A stretch of DNA of 64,000 nucleotides from an uncultured bacterium (GCA_965662235.1 CBFIGY010000017.1:1-64000), one strand, 5' to 3'. Positions 28,701-38,217 are shown, counted from the first letter of the stretch. Notes: generated by a model from the letters alone, not told the origin. Translations and numbers: made by a program.

Positions 28701-30402
28701 GCGCCTCTTCCAGTTGCCTCGGTCGACGTGGAAGGACTACGATCGGGAGAAGCTCAGTCCCGGAGGAGGCATTTACGACCGCAAGGCCAAAGCCATTGCC
28801 CTCTCGCCTCAGGCGCAGGCGCTGCTGGGGTTGGAGTCAGCGAACCCAACAGGGGAAGAGGTGGTGCAGGCCATTTTGAAGTTGCCGGCGGACCTGCTTT
28901 GGCTAGGAGGCATTGGCACTTACGTCAAGACGCCTGTGCAGACGCATTATCAGGTCGGCGACCAGGCCAACGACACGGTCCGGATCAACTCGGATGAACT
29001 GCAGGTCAAGGTGGTGGGAGAGGGCGCCAACCTAGGGCTGACTCAGCTGGCCCGGATTGACTGTTCTAACCGCGGAATCCGCCTCAATACGGACGCGATC
29101 GACAACTCGGCCGGCGTCAACATGTCCGACTATGAGGTCAACCTGAAGGTTCTGCTGCAGCACCTTAGGCGTCAGGGACACCTAGACTCCATGGATGAAC
29201 GGAACGCGCTGCTGCATCAAGCGACCGAAGAGGTTGCAGAGCTGCTGCTGGCGAACAACCGTGGCCAGCACCGCTTGCTGTCAATGGATGCCCTCCGGTC
29301 GCAACGGCGCTTCCGGCTGTACCGGTCCATTATTCCGTGGCTGCGGGATCACGGACTGAATGTCCGCAGTGAGTACATTCCGGGCACAAAGGACCTGGAT
29401 GCGCTGGAACAGTCGGGACTGCCCATGCCACGTCCGGTGCTGGCGATCATGCAGGCGTACGTCAAAATGAACGTCTATGAGGCGTTGCTCCACGATGAAT
29501 TGCTTACTGATCCAGTGTTTCTCAACCTGTACCTGAGTTACCTTCCGGAGAGCCTGAAGCAGCGCTTTGGGCGCCTTGCTGAAGACCACCCGCTCCGTCA
29601 GGAGATCACGGCGACGGTGCTCACCAACGCGGTGGTCAATCAGGCTGGATGTGTCTTCTACCCGCACCTTCTGCAGACGAGCAACTTTAGCCTAGCCGAA
29701 GTGACGCAGGTGTACTTCCTCGTGGACCAGAGCCTCCGGGGACCAGAACTGCGGGCGCAGGTGGAGGCGCTTCCGGAAGTGTCTGAGGAAGAACGGTACC
29801 GGGCGCTGATTGTGTTTGAAGACGCAGTCCGGCACCTCGTCCGCAGCCTGCTGCAGTCCGGAGTGCGGCTGCACTCGGAAGAAGCCCAGCAGGTTCCGGA
29901 ACTGCTGACGGCGCTGCTGGGAGGTCAGCCTGCGGAGCTCTTGGCTACGGCAGCCACTCCCCACCAGGCCCTAGCTCTGTTGCATCAGCTGTCCAGCATC
30001 CTGGAAGGCGCCCCCGATGTGACCTACCTCAACCAGCGTTGGGCCCTAGACATTCGCCAAGGACAGAGCCTGCTGAGTCAGCTGGAGGCGATTCTGGGAC
30101 TGGGCTGGATGCGGGAGGCCTTGGAAGACCTGAAGCCTCAGAATGAGTGGGAGCTTCAGCATCAGGACCTGCTGCTGCGTGGCGTTGACCTGCGCAAGCG
30201 GCGTCTGCTGGATGGGCTGCTGGCTGTCCGGAAACCGGAAGAGTTGGAAGATCTGGAGTCGTTGCTGCATGACGTGTTCCCGGTGGCCATCCGCGGGTTC
30301 CAAGCCAGCTTGGAGCAGATCCGCCTCAATGGCCCGGTGAACCTGACGACCCTAGCGGTGCTGCTGAACCAGCTGGAAACCCTCGAAAGTGCCCTCTCCT
30401 AA
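25723..30402 (+). CDS. gdhB: Large NAD-specific glutamate dehydrogenase
   Basis: 1559 aa; HLRFGAVARGGLRWSDR, DPYLVVAADKGTA, DAFASGGSNGYDHK, GDMSGDVFGNG, DAIDNSAGV. Confidence 0.93.
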   Translation: MTVSQAHQELLQLVSSEPLKRQFAELFLKHCTERMLAEYTTQQMVHLLEKRFAFFMESLEQEVQVRVIFPEDEESSEGRWLVDVVCRDAPFSVITVDSVLREEGVQVVRRLHPMIAVRRDAQGQPEALERVSPGAEVYDVLSIELQAGNNRDLQARLKGLLERHLWAVRCSARQQPQVTQFLDQAAVALRSHPEADEQQALIEWFRKNLALFGAVVLPGGQEAESFQLPEGVGILSSELLELFPDLERSLKASLWELPEESIKIDRLYASSPILRFEPLMRVSVRLSAQEVLVLVGLLKRSAQNSQGREVPVIRQKQEQVLQSQGFVLDTFDYNEVFRLFAATPMFELFRASEAELVRLVDSWLSVHSPHQVHAFRISDRGASILKLLLLLPNRLFSEATVEQVRRLLKEQIPHQHMECFTAEGDEISRVHLYFSLPDPTWEPNLTRLEHDVARHITPWEERLRAELYKTHPGTAGVDLYQRYLPLMPAHYRSRTSCEDAVRDIEFLERLPHESGIAFNLVPFAVSGSQLNGVSLLYIYSQHKLDLLLSMPVLQNLGLHVFDQLTARIGNDELTLGFVQSFRVQKQGGRHLEETHHRQLMIDLLKAVFQGRAENDPLNGLLITADLSWQAIHVLQLYRNLLLQLSAPFSRETINATLLRYPAGARLLVDTFMEQFDPDAAAGTLEYRRKVLLAKRQHDFRDLLQDVEDLTDDVVLRRLFNLIEASLRTNFFIPKKSGDTFISVKLDSQKVDQMPVPAPFREIYVHDVGMEGTHLRFGAVARGGLRWSDRPDDFRTEILGLVKTQQTKNVVIVPVGSKGGFVVKGPRKDDPEESQRQYCKFISALLDVTDTRDEQGQVRHPNHVLAHDGPDPYLVVAADKGTATFSDTANAISASYGFWLDDAFASGGSNGYDHKKVGITARGAWECVKLHFREMGRDIQTEPFTAIGVGDMSGDVFGNGMLLSPTTRLQAAFNHLHIFLDPDPEAATSWEERQRLFQLPRSTWKDYDREKLSPGGGIYDRKAKAIALSPQAQALLGLESANPTGEEVVQAILKLPADLLWLGGIGTYVKTPVQTHYQVGDQANDTVRINSDELQVKVVGEGANLGLTQLARIDCSNRGIRLNTDAIDNSAGVNMSDYEVNLKVLLQHLRRQGHLDSMDERNALLHQATEEVAELLLANNRGQHRLLSMDALRSQRRFRLYRSIIPWLRDHGLNVRSEYIPGTKDLDALEQSGLPMPRPVLAIMQAYVKMNVYEALLHDELLTDPVFLNLYLSYLPESLKQRFGRLAEDHPLRQEITATVLTNAVVNQAGCVFYPHLLQTSNFSLAEVTQVYFLVDQSLRGPELRAQVEALPEVSEEERYRALIVFEDAVRHLVRSLLQSGVRLHSEEAQQVPELLTALLGGQPAELLATAATPHQALALLHQLSSILEGAPDVTYLNQRWALDIRQGQSLLSQLEAILGLGWMREALEDLKPQNEWELQHQDLLLRGVDLRKRRLLDGLLAVRKPEELEDLESLLHDVFPVAIRGFQASLEQIRLNGPVNLTTLAVLLNQLETLESALS

Positions 30403-30411
30403 CCCCAACCG

Positions 30412-30432
30412 TCCCCCGAACCATTCGGGGGA
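30412..30432 (+). terminator. Probable terminator hairpin after gdhB
   Basis: TCCCCCGAA-CCA-TTCGGGGGA perfect 9-bp stem; weak U-tract. Confidence 0.55.
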
Positions 30433-30482
30433 TTGACAAAATTTAGTTGTTCGACTAATATCAGGTTTAGTTGTTCGACTAA
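30433..30482 (+). promoter_or_regulatory. Sigma70 promoter overlapped by two identical 17-bp operator sites
   Basis: TTGACA-N17-TAATAT; TTTAGTTGTTCGACTAA at 30442-30458 and 30466-30482, each an imperfect palindrome. Confidence 0.82.
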
Positions 30483-30499
30483 ATCTATGGGAGGAACCG

Positions 30500-33022
30500 A
30501 TGATCAAGAGATGGCTGAAGGCCGCAGAGACGGGTTTTGAACACTGGGGACGTGCGATCATCCGGTTTCGCTGGGGCGTTTTGTTCCTTTCGGTGGTTGC
30601 CTTTGGGGGGCTGTTTACGCAGCTGCCGAAGCTGGAGTTTGACACCTCAACCGAGGGCTTCTTTCATGAGGAAGACCCAGCATTGATTGAGTATGAGCAG
30701 TTCAAGAATCGCTTTGGAAGTGACCGGGCGGTGGTGCTGATGATTCGCCCACCGGAGGTCTTTTCTCCAGAGACGCTCCAACGGCTGGCCGCCATGCACA
30801 CGGACCTGGAGTCTCAGCTGCCATACCTAGATGAGATCATCAGTTTGGTCAACATCACCTCCGTACGAGGAGAGGGAGACCAGCTGATTGTGGAGGACCT
30901 GCTGGCCGAGTGGCCCGATACTCCCGAACAGCGTGAGGCCCTCCGGAAGCGGGTGATGGCGAATCCACTGTACCGCGATCAGATCATCTCAGAAGATGGG
31001 CACCTGACTGCGATGGTGATCCGCCCGGTCGCGCTGGTGAGTGACGCGACTCCGAGTCCGGACGCTGGGAGGCTCGACTTTGATTCCAGTGATGCTTCCG
31101 GGAGCAGCGACCTGCTCGATTTTGAAACGAGCCCGAATCCGGAGGCTGAGGCGTCCGACCTGTTGGGGTTTGAAGAGAGTGCTTCAGTGGGAGATCCTGC
31201 CTGGGGCGCCTCTGAAGGAGTGCATGCTCTGACGCTGGAGGAAGAAACGGAGTTCATGAACGTCATCCGGAAGGTGGTGGAGGAGTACCGGTCGGACGAC
31301 TTTCAGATCTATGCCGCCGGGATGATGGTGATGGAATCAGACATCATGTCGAGCATGAAGAGCAACATGCCTCGCTTCACCCTCATTGCTTTGGGACTGA
31401 TCACGGTGCTGCTACTGGCGTTGTTCCGGCGCGCTTCTGGAGTGGTGCTGCCATTGCTGACGGTGGTGCTGGCGCTCTTCAGTAGCCTGGGACTGATGGC
31501 GTTGAATGGTCAGCCCTTTACCATCATTTCACAGATCCTGCCCTCCTTCCTGTTAGCGGTTGGGGTGGGGTATTCAGTGCACCTGCTGACCATCTTTTAT
31601 CAGGAACTGAGCACACAACCGAGCGCCCATGAGGCCATTGTGCAAGCGTTGGCGCACTCGGGGTTGGCCATCTTGATCACCAGTTTGACCACCGCCGGAG
31701 GATTGCTTTCGTTCGCAGGCTCCGGACTGGCGCCTGTGGGAAACCTGGGGCTGTATGGGGCCATTGGGGTGATGATCGCGGTGGCCATCACGCTGACGAC
31801 GCTTCCGGCGTTGCTGGCGCTGCTGCGGTTCCCGACTCCGCATCCGGAAGACACGTTGAAGCCAGGGCAGGATTCCCTGTTGGTCCGGGTGGGACTGCTG
31901 GCGGTGCGGCATCCGCGTTCGGTGCTGCTGGGTTCAGCCGTGCTGGCCACCGTGGCTCTGGTGTCGGCGCTGGAACTGCGGTTTGAGCACGATCCGGTCG
32001 CGTGGATGCCGGAGGGGCACGAGTTACGGGTCTCGAATGCCGCAATCAATGAAGAGATGAAGGGAGCGTCCATTGCGGAGGTCGTGGTGTACGGGTCAGG
32101 AGAAAATGCCTTTAAATCGAAAGAGATGCTGACGGCCCTGGAGACCTTCAACCGGGAGGCCGAGAACGTTCACGTGGGACCGCTGGCAGTGGGGAAGTCC
32201 ACTTCTATGGCCGACACGCTCAAGCAGATTCATCAGGCGCTCAATGAAAACCGGGCCGAGTTTTACGCAATTCCACAGGAGTCGGACCTGATTGCGCAGG
32301 AGCTGCTGCTGTTTGAAAATTCCGGAGGCGATGATCTGGAGCGTCAGGTTGATCCGCTTTACACCGCGGCCCACGTTACGGTGAAGATGCCATGGGTGAA
32401 CGCCAACGCTTACGGTCCGGTGCTTGACGAGTTGGATCAGGTGGCGTCACGGGCGTTTGGGGAGCTGGGGGAGGCCCGGATTACGGGCATGGTGCCGCTG
32501 CTGGCCCGGACGGCGATTCTGATGGTGCAGAGCATGCTGGAAAGCTACCTGATTGCTGCAGGCATCATCACGCTGTTGATGATCCTAGTGCTGGGCAGCT
32601 GGAAGCTCGGACTGTGGAGCATTGTTCCCAATTTTCTGCCCATTGTGCTAGGACTGGGAGTGATGCACCTGATGGATCTTCCCCTAGATGTGATGTCGAT
32701 TCTGGTGGGAAGCATTGCCCTTGGATTGGCTGTGGACGACACGATTCACTTCTTCCACCACTTCCAGCGCTACTACCATCAAACCGGACAGGTGGAGGAA
32801 GCGGTGCGCCAAACCCTCCGCACCACCGGGCAGGCCATGCTCTTCACCAGCGTGGTGCTCTCCATCGGGTTCTTTACTTACATTGTTTCCGAAATGAACA
32901 ACCTCTTTTCCTTTGGGCTCATTACCGGGATGACGATCCTCTTTGCCTTCCTGGCCGACCTGCTGGTGTCGCCTGCCCTGATGAGTCTGCTTCACGCCAA
33001 CGATTCCGCCTCGGCGTCCTAA
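30500..33022 (+). CDS. MMPL/RND-superfamily inner-membrane transporter
   Basis: Two TM bundles with periplasmic loops; AVGVGYSVH, TSLTTAGG, LGLAVDDTIHF, TTGQAMLFTS. Confidence 0.92.
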   Translation: MIKRWLKAAETGFEHWGRAIIRFRWGVLFLSVVAFGGLFTQLPKLEFDTSTEGFFHEEDPALIEYEQFKNRFGSDRAVVLMIRPPEVFSPETLQRLAAMHTDLESQLPYLDEIISLVNITSVRGEGDQLIVEDLLAEWPDTPEQREALRKRVMANPLYRDQIISEDGHLTAMVIRPVALVSDATPSPDAGRLDFDSSDASGSSDLLDFETSPNPEAEASDLLGFEESASVGDPAWGASEGVHALTLEEETEFMNVIRKVVEEYRSDDFQIYAAGMMVMESDIMSSMKSNMPRFTLIALGLITVLLLALFRRASGVVLPLLTVVLALFSSLGLMALNGQPFTIISQILPSFLLAVGVGYSVHLLTIFYQELSTQPSAHEAIVQALAHSGLAILITSLTTAGGLLSFAGSGLAPVGNLGLYGAIGVMIAVAITLTTLPALLALLRFPTPHPEDTLKPGQDSLLVRVGLLAVRHPRSVLLGSAVLATVALVSALELRFEHDPVAWMPEGHELRVSNAAINEEMKGASIAEVVVYGSGENAFKSKEMLTALETFNREAENVHVGPLAVGKSTSMADTLKQIHQALNENRAEFYAIPQESDLIAQELLLFENSGGDDLERQVDPLYTAAHVTVKMPWVNANAYGPVLDELDQVASRAFGELGEARITGMVPLLARTAILMVQSMLESYLIAAGIITLLMILVLGSWKLGLWSIVPNFLPIVLGLGVMHLMDLPLDVMSILVGSIALGLAVDDTIHFFHHFQRYYHQTGQVEEAVRQTLRTTGQAMLFTSVVLSIGFFTYIVSEMNNLFSFGLITGMTILFAFLADLLVSPALMSLLHANDSASAS

Positions 33023-33043
33023 ATTTTTTCTGAAGGAGTGGTG

Positions 33044-33841
33044 ATGAAACCGATTCTACGTTTACTGATGGTGTCCCTGCTAGTGGCCGGAGGTGCCTCT
33101 GCGGCAATGGCCCTGACGGGTCGAGAGATCATGGAACTGGTGGAGGCCCGTGACACGGGGGACGATGTGGTGATGACCATGAGCATGACCCTCGTGAGCA
33201 AAGACGGGCAGCAGCGTTTTCGGGAGATGGACTCGTTCCGGAAGCAAAAAGACGAAGACACCCTGAGCCTGATCTTCTTCAAGGAGCCAGCGGATGTGCG
33301 CAACACCGGCTTCCTGACCTACGATTATGACGCGGAGGGGCAGGACGATGATCAGTTCATGTACCTGCCTGCGCTAAAAAAGACCAAACGCATTGCCGGA
33401 AGCGACAAGGCGGGGAGCTTCATGGGTTCGGACCTGAACTACTCGGACATGAGCACCCCGGATCTGGCAGATTATGAGTTCAAGTTTTTGCAAGAAGCCA
33501 CCGTGGATGGCGCAAAGACCTGGGTGGTGCTGTCGACTCCGAAAAACGAGGGCGTGATGGAAGAGACTGGATACCGGCAACGCGCCGTGTGGGTGCGTCA
33601 GGACAACCACATGGTCGTCCGGGTGAAGGCTTGGGTTCACAAGAGCAAGGAGGTAAAGTTCTTTGAGTTTCAGGAGCCTTTCGAAATCGACGGTGTTTGG
33701 TTCAACCGCCAGACGATCGCAACCCGCAAGCTAGGGAACCTGACGCTGCATCAAACGCGGCTGGAGTACAAGAACGTGGAACTGAACCAGGGCCTGGAGG
33801 ATGACCTCTTCACCCAACGTCGGTTGGAAAAGGGGTTGTGA
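33044..33841 (+). CDS. LolA-like periplasmic outer-membrane lipoprotein-sorting protein
   Basis: Signal peptide ending AMA; PADVRNTGFL, DDQFMYLPALKKTKRI, FMGSDLNYSD, FTQRRL. Confidence 0.88.
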   Translation: MKPILRLLMVSLLVAGGASAAMALTGREIMELVEARDTGDDVVMTMSMTLVSKDGQQRFREMDSFRKQKDEDTLSLIFFKEPADVRNTGFLTYDYDAEGQDDDQFMYLPALKKTKRIAGSDKAGSFMGSDLNYSDMSTPDLADYEFKFLQEATVDGAKTWVVLSTPKNEGVMEETGYRQRAVWVRQDNHMVVRVKAWVHKSKEVKFFEFQEPFEIDGVWFNRQTIATRKLGNLTLHQTRLEYKNVELNQGLEDDLFTQRRLEKGL

Positions 33842-35373
33842 TGCGAACCCTTCCTTGGGCCACCCTTTTGCTGCTGAGCCTAGCCAGTGTCCCTCTGGTC
33901 TCTGCGCAGACGGAGGCGGGTTCCTCAGACCTGTTGGGAGGCTTTGAAGAAACCGGTTCCTCAGGCCTGCTGGGAGGCTTTGAGGAGGCTTCGGAGGGCG
34001 ACCTGCTCGGTGGTTTTGACACCGGTGAGTCCCTTGACGAAACGGCTCCTGCAGAGCCTCTGCTGCCGGCAGCACTCTCCGGGATCATTGGCTTCGACCT
34101 TTCATACGCGTATGCGCGGGAAACGCCCACAGAGCCCACGCAACCGGACTGGAGTGGTGTACGCAAGGCAAAGAGCTTTCTGCAACTGAGGTGGGATGAA
34201 AAGTACGGCGGAGTCCGGGTTTTCGTCGAGGGGCAGGCTGGCTACGATGCGGCTCCGGAACCCCTTGATGCCGCACGTTTGCCCGCGGCTCCGGTTGATT
34301 GGCGCGGTGCCTACGAGGAGACTCGGAAGGACGAGGTCACCGAGGCCGAGTTCCGTGAGGTGTCCGTGGCCTTTTCTCCAGCGGACTTTCTGGACGTCAA
34401 GCTCGGACGTCAGGTGGTGGTGTGGGGAAAGGCGGACGCGCTGACGGTGGTGGATGTGCTCAACCCCCGTGACAACCGGGAGGTGGGGTTGGTGGATTTG
34501 GCCGACACCCGTCTGCCGGTGACAGCCACGCGCTTGGATGTTTATGGGGCCGGTCTTCAGCTGCAGGTGGTGGCCAACCACGAGCTGCGCTTCAGCAAAG
34601 AAGCTGGATTCGGCAACGAGTACTTCCTTTATCCGGATCCGGATAACCTCACCGCTGCCGCCAATGCGGCAACACTGAGTCCGGAGGTCCTTCCAGCGGA
34701 AGGAGGAGCCAACACGGAGTGGGGGGTGGCGCTGAAGGGCAGTGGTATTGGATGGGATCTGGCGCTCTACTATGCGGATTACTTTGATGACACGCCCCAC
34801 CTTTCTGGAACCCTGACGGTGCTCAACGGGGTACCGGTTCCAGCGATCGAAGGGCGTGTGCACTCACGGCTGAAGTTGAATGGGCTCGGAGGAACGTATG
34901 CGACCGGCAGTTGGCTCTTCAAAGGCGAGGTGGCGCAGGTGCGTGGGGTGCAGTTCTTTGGCTCAGACCAGAGCTTTTCCCGGACGGATCTGGCAGCTGG
35001 AGTGGAGTTTGCGGGACTGACGGAGACGCGGCTGGTGGGAGAGGCTTCGGTGCAGCACCTCAACGAGTTTGAGGAAATTCCCTACCGCACCGAGGGGTTG
35101 CCCAACGCCAACCTGCTGGAAGACATCCTCCGGGTGGTGCTGAGTTGGCAGCAGGACTTGCTGCAGCAAACCCTGCACGCGAACGTGACGCTCCTCAGCG
35201 TAGGGCGAACCGGTGAACATGGCGGATCTCAACGCGCCAGTCTGGAGTATGACTGGACGGATGCAGTGAGCGTGACCGGAGGTGTGATCGACTACCGGGA
35301 TGGGCAGAATGCCTATGCTCAGCAACTGTCTGACAACGATCGGGTTTACCTGAACCTGCGGTACACCTTCTGA
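33838..35373 (+). CDS. Outer-membrane beta-barrel (DUF1302-like) with N-terminal acidic repeats
   Basis: Signal peptide; LGRQVVVWGKAD, DVLNPRD; C-terminal beta signal LRYTF. Confidence 0.83.
   Translation: MMRTLPWATLLLLSLASVPLVSAQTEAGSSDLLGGFEETGSSGLLGGFEEASEGDLLGGFDTGESLDETAPAEPLLPAALSGIIGFDLSYAYARETPTEPTQPDWSGVRKAKSFLQLRWDEKYGGVRVFVEGQAGYDAAPEPLDAARLPAAPVDWRGAYEETRKDEVTEAEFREVSVAFSPADFLDVKLGRQVVVWGKADALTVVDVLNPRDNREVGLVDLADTRLPVTATRLDVYGAGLQLQVVANHELRFSKEAGFGNEYFLYPDPDNLTAAANAATLSPEVLPAEGGANTEWGVALKGSGIGWDLALYYADYFDDTPHLSGTLTVLNGVPVPAIEGRVHSRLKLNGLGGTYATGSWLFKGEVAQVRGVQFFGSDQSFSRTDLAAGVEFAGLTETRLVGEASVQHLNEFEEIPYRTEGLPNANLLEDILRVVLSWQQDLLQQTLHANVTLLSVGRTGEHGGSQRASLEYDWTDAVSVTGGVIDYRDGQNAYAQQLSDNDRVYLNLRYTF
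33919..34026 (+). repeat. Three imperfect in-frame 36-nt tandem repeats (12-aa unit GSSDLLGGFEET)
   Basis: Units start at 33919, 33955 and 33991. Confidence 0.85.
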
Positions 35374-35391
35374 GCGGGGACGGCTTCCGGG

Positions 35392-35616
35392 TTACCGCTG
35401 AGAGGCCTGCACCGCCTGCGCAATGAGGGCTTCAATGCGGGGCCGGTACAGGTCCCAAACGTCCTGCCCCAGCTCCGTAAGCAGGTGTCCTTGCCCCTGA
35501 CACGAGCGGCAGGTTCCTGGGATGTTGGGCTTCCAGGCGCCTACCTCTTCATAGCCGGCGGAAAATCCGGTCCCTCCACACGTGTCACAGTTCTTCATCA
35601 AGTCGGCAATCAGCAT
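35392..35616 (-). CDS. Small DnaJ-type Zn-finger protein, anti-TRAP (RtpA)-like
   Basis: 74 aa; CDTCGGTG...CRSCQGQG followed by LLTELG and a C-terminal helix. Confidence 0.75.
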   Translation of the reverse strand: MLIADLMKNCDTCGGTGFSAGYEEVGAWKPNIPGTCRSCQGQGHLLTELGQDVWDLYRPRIEALIAQAVQASQR

Positions 35617-35773
35617 ATTTTCTCTTGGGTCGATACAGAACTGGCAGCCCTGCGTGAGGTGTGCTAGAAAAAACGGTTCAGAACAAAACAGGCGCTTGCT
35701 CCTCCGGCAGAAGGGCGGGCCCCTGAAGAACCGCAAATTCGCAAATCATGCCAACTTGCAAGGAGGCCCTGAA

Positions 35774-36295
35774 ATGATCATTCCGGACGTAGGATTGAAG
35801 CAACTGGTGGAAAAAGGCTACCTTCCGGAAGGTCTGCTGATTGGGCCTTCCAGTGTGGACCTGACCCTTTCCAATTCCTTCAGTTGGCCGGAGCCTCAGT
35901 CCGCTGAGATTGTTCTCGGAGAGCCGGTTCCGCACCGGACGGTAGAGACGGACCGGTTTGTGCTGGAGCCCCACCATTTTGTGCTGGCGAGTACCGCTGA
36001 GGTGCTGCAGGTTCCGGAGCACATGGCCGCCTACGTTGAAGGTCGCTCCAGCATCGGCCGCCTGGGACTGCAGGTCCAGAACGCCGGCTTCATTGACGCC
36101 GGTTTCAAGGGGCAGATCACCCTGGAACTGGCCAACCAGTCCCCCTTCCCGATTGTGCTCAAACCGGGCACCCGCATCTGTCAGATTGTGTTTGTGCAGA
36201 TGGCCGAGGCTGCAGAGAAGCCGTACTCTGGGAAGTATGGTGGACAGATGGGCGCCACGCCCAGTCGTTTGGAGAACGATCCGGAATTCCGCTAA
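35774..36295 (+). CDS. dcd: dCTP deaminase
   Basis: PSSVDLTL, EGRSSIGRLGL, AGFIDAGFKGQITLE, ICQIVF, YSGKY; ATG after AGGAGG. Confidence 0.94.
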   Translation: MIIPDVGLKQLVEKGYLPEGLLIGPSSVDLTLSNSFSWPEPQSAEIVLGEPVPHRTVETDRFVLEPHHFVLASTAEVLQVPEHMAAYVEGRSSIGRLGLQVQNAGFIDAGFKGQITLELANQSPFPIVLKPGTRICQIVFVQMAEAAEKPYSGKYGGQMGATPSRLENDPEFR

Positions 36296-36525
36296 ACGTC
36301 TCTGCAGACGCGGTGATCGGCCGCATCAATCAGTTCGATCTCTAAAACCAATTGGACAAATCGGCACGAATTTCTCATGATCATCAGCACGGGTCTGGCG
36401 CCCCTTTACTTGATCATTGGGAAGGGAGTGCTAGGCTTTACCTTTCCTTTTCTGAATGGAGAGGGAGGTTTTACGGCCTGACCGATTCCCGGTCTGGCGC
36501 TTCATCTCATGGCTAGAGGTTCCTT

Positions 36526-38079
36526 ATGGAAACGATCCGCATTTTTGACACCACGCTCCGAGACGGCGAGCAGGCTCCAGGATTTTCCATGTCGGCTAGC
36601 GAAAAGCTAGCTTTAGCCAAACAGCTGGAGCGCCTAGGCGTGGATGTCATCGAGGCGGGCTTTGCCGCTTCTTCCCCCGGCGACTTTGAAAGTGTCCGGT
36701 CCATTGCGCAGGAACTGGAGCGGGCCACGGTGGTCTCGCTCTGCCGAGCGTCCAAGGAAGACATTGACAAGGGCGTGGAAGCCCTGCGGGACGCAAAGAA
36801 CTGGGGCATTCACACGTTTCTGGCGTCTAGCCCCCTGCACATGAAGTACAAGCTGCAGATGGAGCCGGATGAGGTTCTGCAGGCGGCTGTGGAAGCTGTG
36901 GCCTACGCCAAGCAGTTCACCGATAACGTTGAGTTCAGCCCTGAAGATGCAACCCGCAGTGATCCGGACTTTCTCGTCAAGCTCCTTTCAGAAGTGGTGC
37001 GTGCCGGCGCTGTGACACTCAACATTCCGGACACGGTGGGGTACACGACGCCAGATGAGTTCTACCGCTTGATTGAGCGCCTGAAGAATGAGGTCTATCA
37101 GGCGGATCAGGTGGTCTTCTCGGTGCACTGCCACAACGACTTGGGCCTGGGAGTGGCCAACTCACTGGCAGCTGTGCAAGCGGGAGCGCGTCAGGTGGAA
37201 TGCACCATCAATGGCATTGGTGAACGAGCCGGAAACGCCTCCATGGAAGAGCTGGTGATGGCGCTGAAGACGCGGCAGCAGTTCTACGACATTGATACCA
37301 ACATTGTGACCGAGCAGCTCTATCCCACCAGCAAACTGCTGCAGCAGATCACCGGGGTGGGGGTGCAGCCGAACAAAGCGATTGTCGGAGCCAATGCCTT
37401 TGCTCATGAGGCCGGAATTCACCAGCATGGGGTGCTGAAGAATGCCCTGACTTACGAAATCATGACGCCACAGTCCGTTGGCATCAAGGCCAGCAACTTG
37501 GTGCTGGGGAAGCACTCCGGGCGCCACGCGTTGGGAGACCGCATCAAGGAGCTGGGTTTTGAACTGAATGACGTGGAACTGAACCAAGTCTTCAAGGAAT
37601 TCAAGCGTCTGGCCGATGTGAAGAAGCAGGTGTTTGACGAAGACCTAGAGGCGCTGGTGACCCATGGGCTGCGCAAGCACTCCGACCGCTACGTGCTGGA
37701 GAGCCTGACGGTCACTTCCGGAACCGACGCCATCCCAACCGCAACCGTTGTGATGCGGGTCGACGGCGAGCAGTACAAGCAGGCCAGCTTTGGCGACGGT
37801 CCGGTGGATTCGGCACTGAACACCATCAAGGACATCACCGACATTCAGTGCACCCTGACGTCCTACGTGGTCAAGGCGATCACCGGAGGAACCGATGCTC
37901 AGGGTGAGGTTAGCGTGGGAGTGGAGTACAAAGGCCTCCACGTTGTGGGGCGCGGAGCCCACACCGACATTGTCATTGCCAGTGCAATGGCGTTTGTCAA
38001 CGCCTTGAACCGCCTCGATGTCCGCACCGGAGCCATCAGCCACATGATGCCGGTACGCGCGGCTGTCGGAGGCGTCTGA
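36526..38079 (+). CDS. leuA: 2-isopropylmalate synthase
   Basis: [41 protein letters not shown]-terminal regulatory domain. Confidence 0.95.
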   Translation: METIRIFDTTLRDGEQAPGFSMSASEKLALAKQLERLGVDVIEAGFAASSPGDFESVRSIAQELERATVVSLCRASKEDIDKGVEALRDAKNWGIHTFLASSPLHMKYKLQMEPDEVLQAAVEAVAYAKQFTDNVEFSPEDATRSDPDFLVKLLSEVVRAGAVTLNIPDTVGYTTPDEFYRLIERLKNEVYQADQVVFSVHCHNDLGLGVANSLAAVQAGARQVECTINGIGERAGNASMEELVMALKTRQQFYDIDTNIVTEQLYPTSKLLQQITGVGVQPNKAIVGANAFAHEAGIHQHGVLKNALTYEIMTPQSVGIKASNLVLGKHSGRHALGDRIKELGFELNDVELNQVFKEFKRLADVKKQVFDEDLEALVTHGLRKHSDRYVLESLTVTSGTDAIPTATVVMRVDGEQYKQASFGDGPVDSALNTIKDITDIQCTLTSYVVKAITGGTDAQGEVSVGVEYKGLHVVGRGAHTDIVIASAMAFVNALNRLDVRTGAISHMMPVRAAVGGV

Positions 38080-38110
38080 GCCCTCCTTCCCTAGGTTTTC
38101 CCCTCCTTTG

Positions 38111-38137
38111 AGGCGGGCGCATCTGCCCGCCTTTTTC
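38111..38137 (+). terminator. Intrinsic terminator after leuA
   Basis: AGGCGGGC-GCATCT-GCCCGCCT followed by TTTT. Confidence 0.75.
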
Positions 38138-38217
38138 ATTTGCGTTCCTCAGAATACCTTGTACAGTGAAGGGTTTGGTTTTTCTCCTACAGAACCGCCT
38201 ACTCGTTGCACAAGCTC

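Noticed and set aside
33919..34026. 36-nt repeats as a CRISPR array
   Set aside because: Contiguous, imperfect, in-frame coding repeats with no spacers and no cas genes
36296..36525. Leucine attenuator or T-box before leuA
   Set aside because: No Leu-rich leader peptide or T-box motif found; only a weak G-U-rich hairpin near 36440-36470
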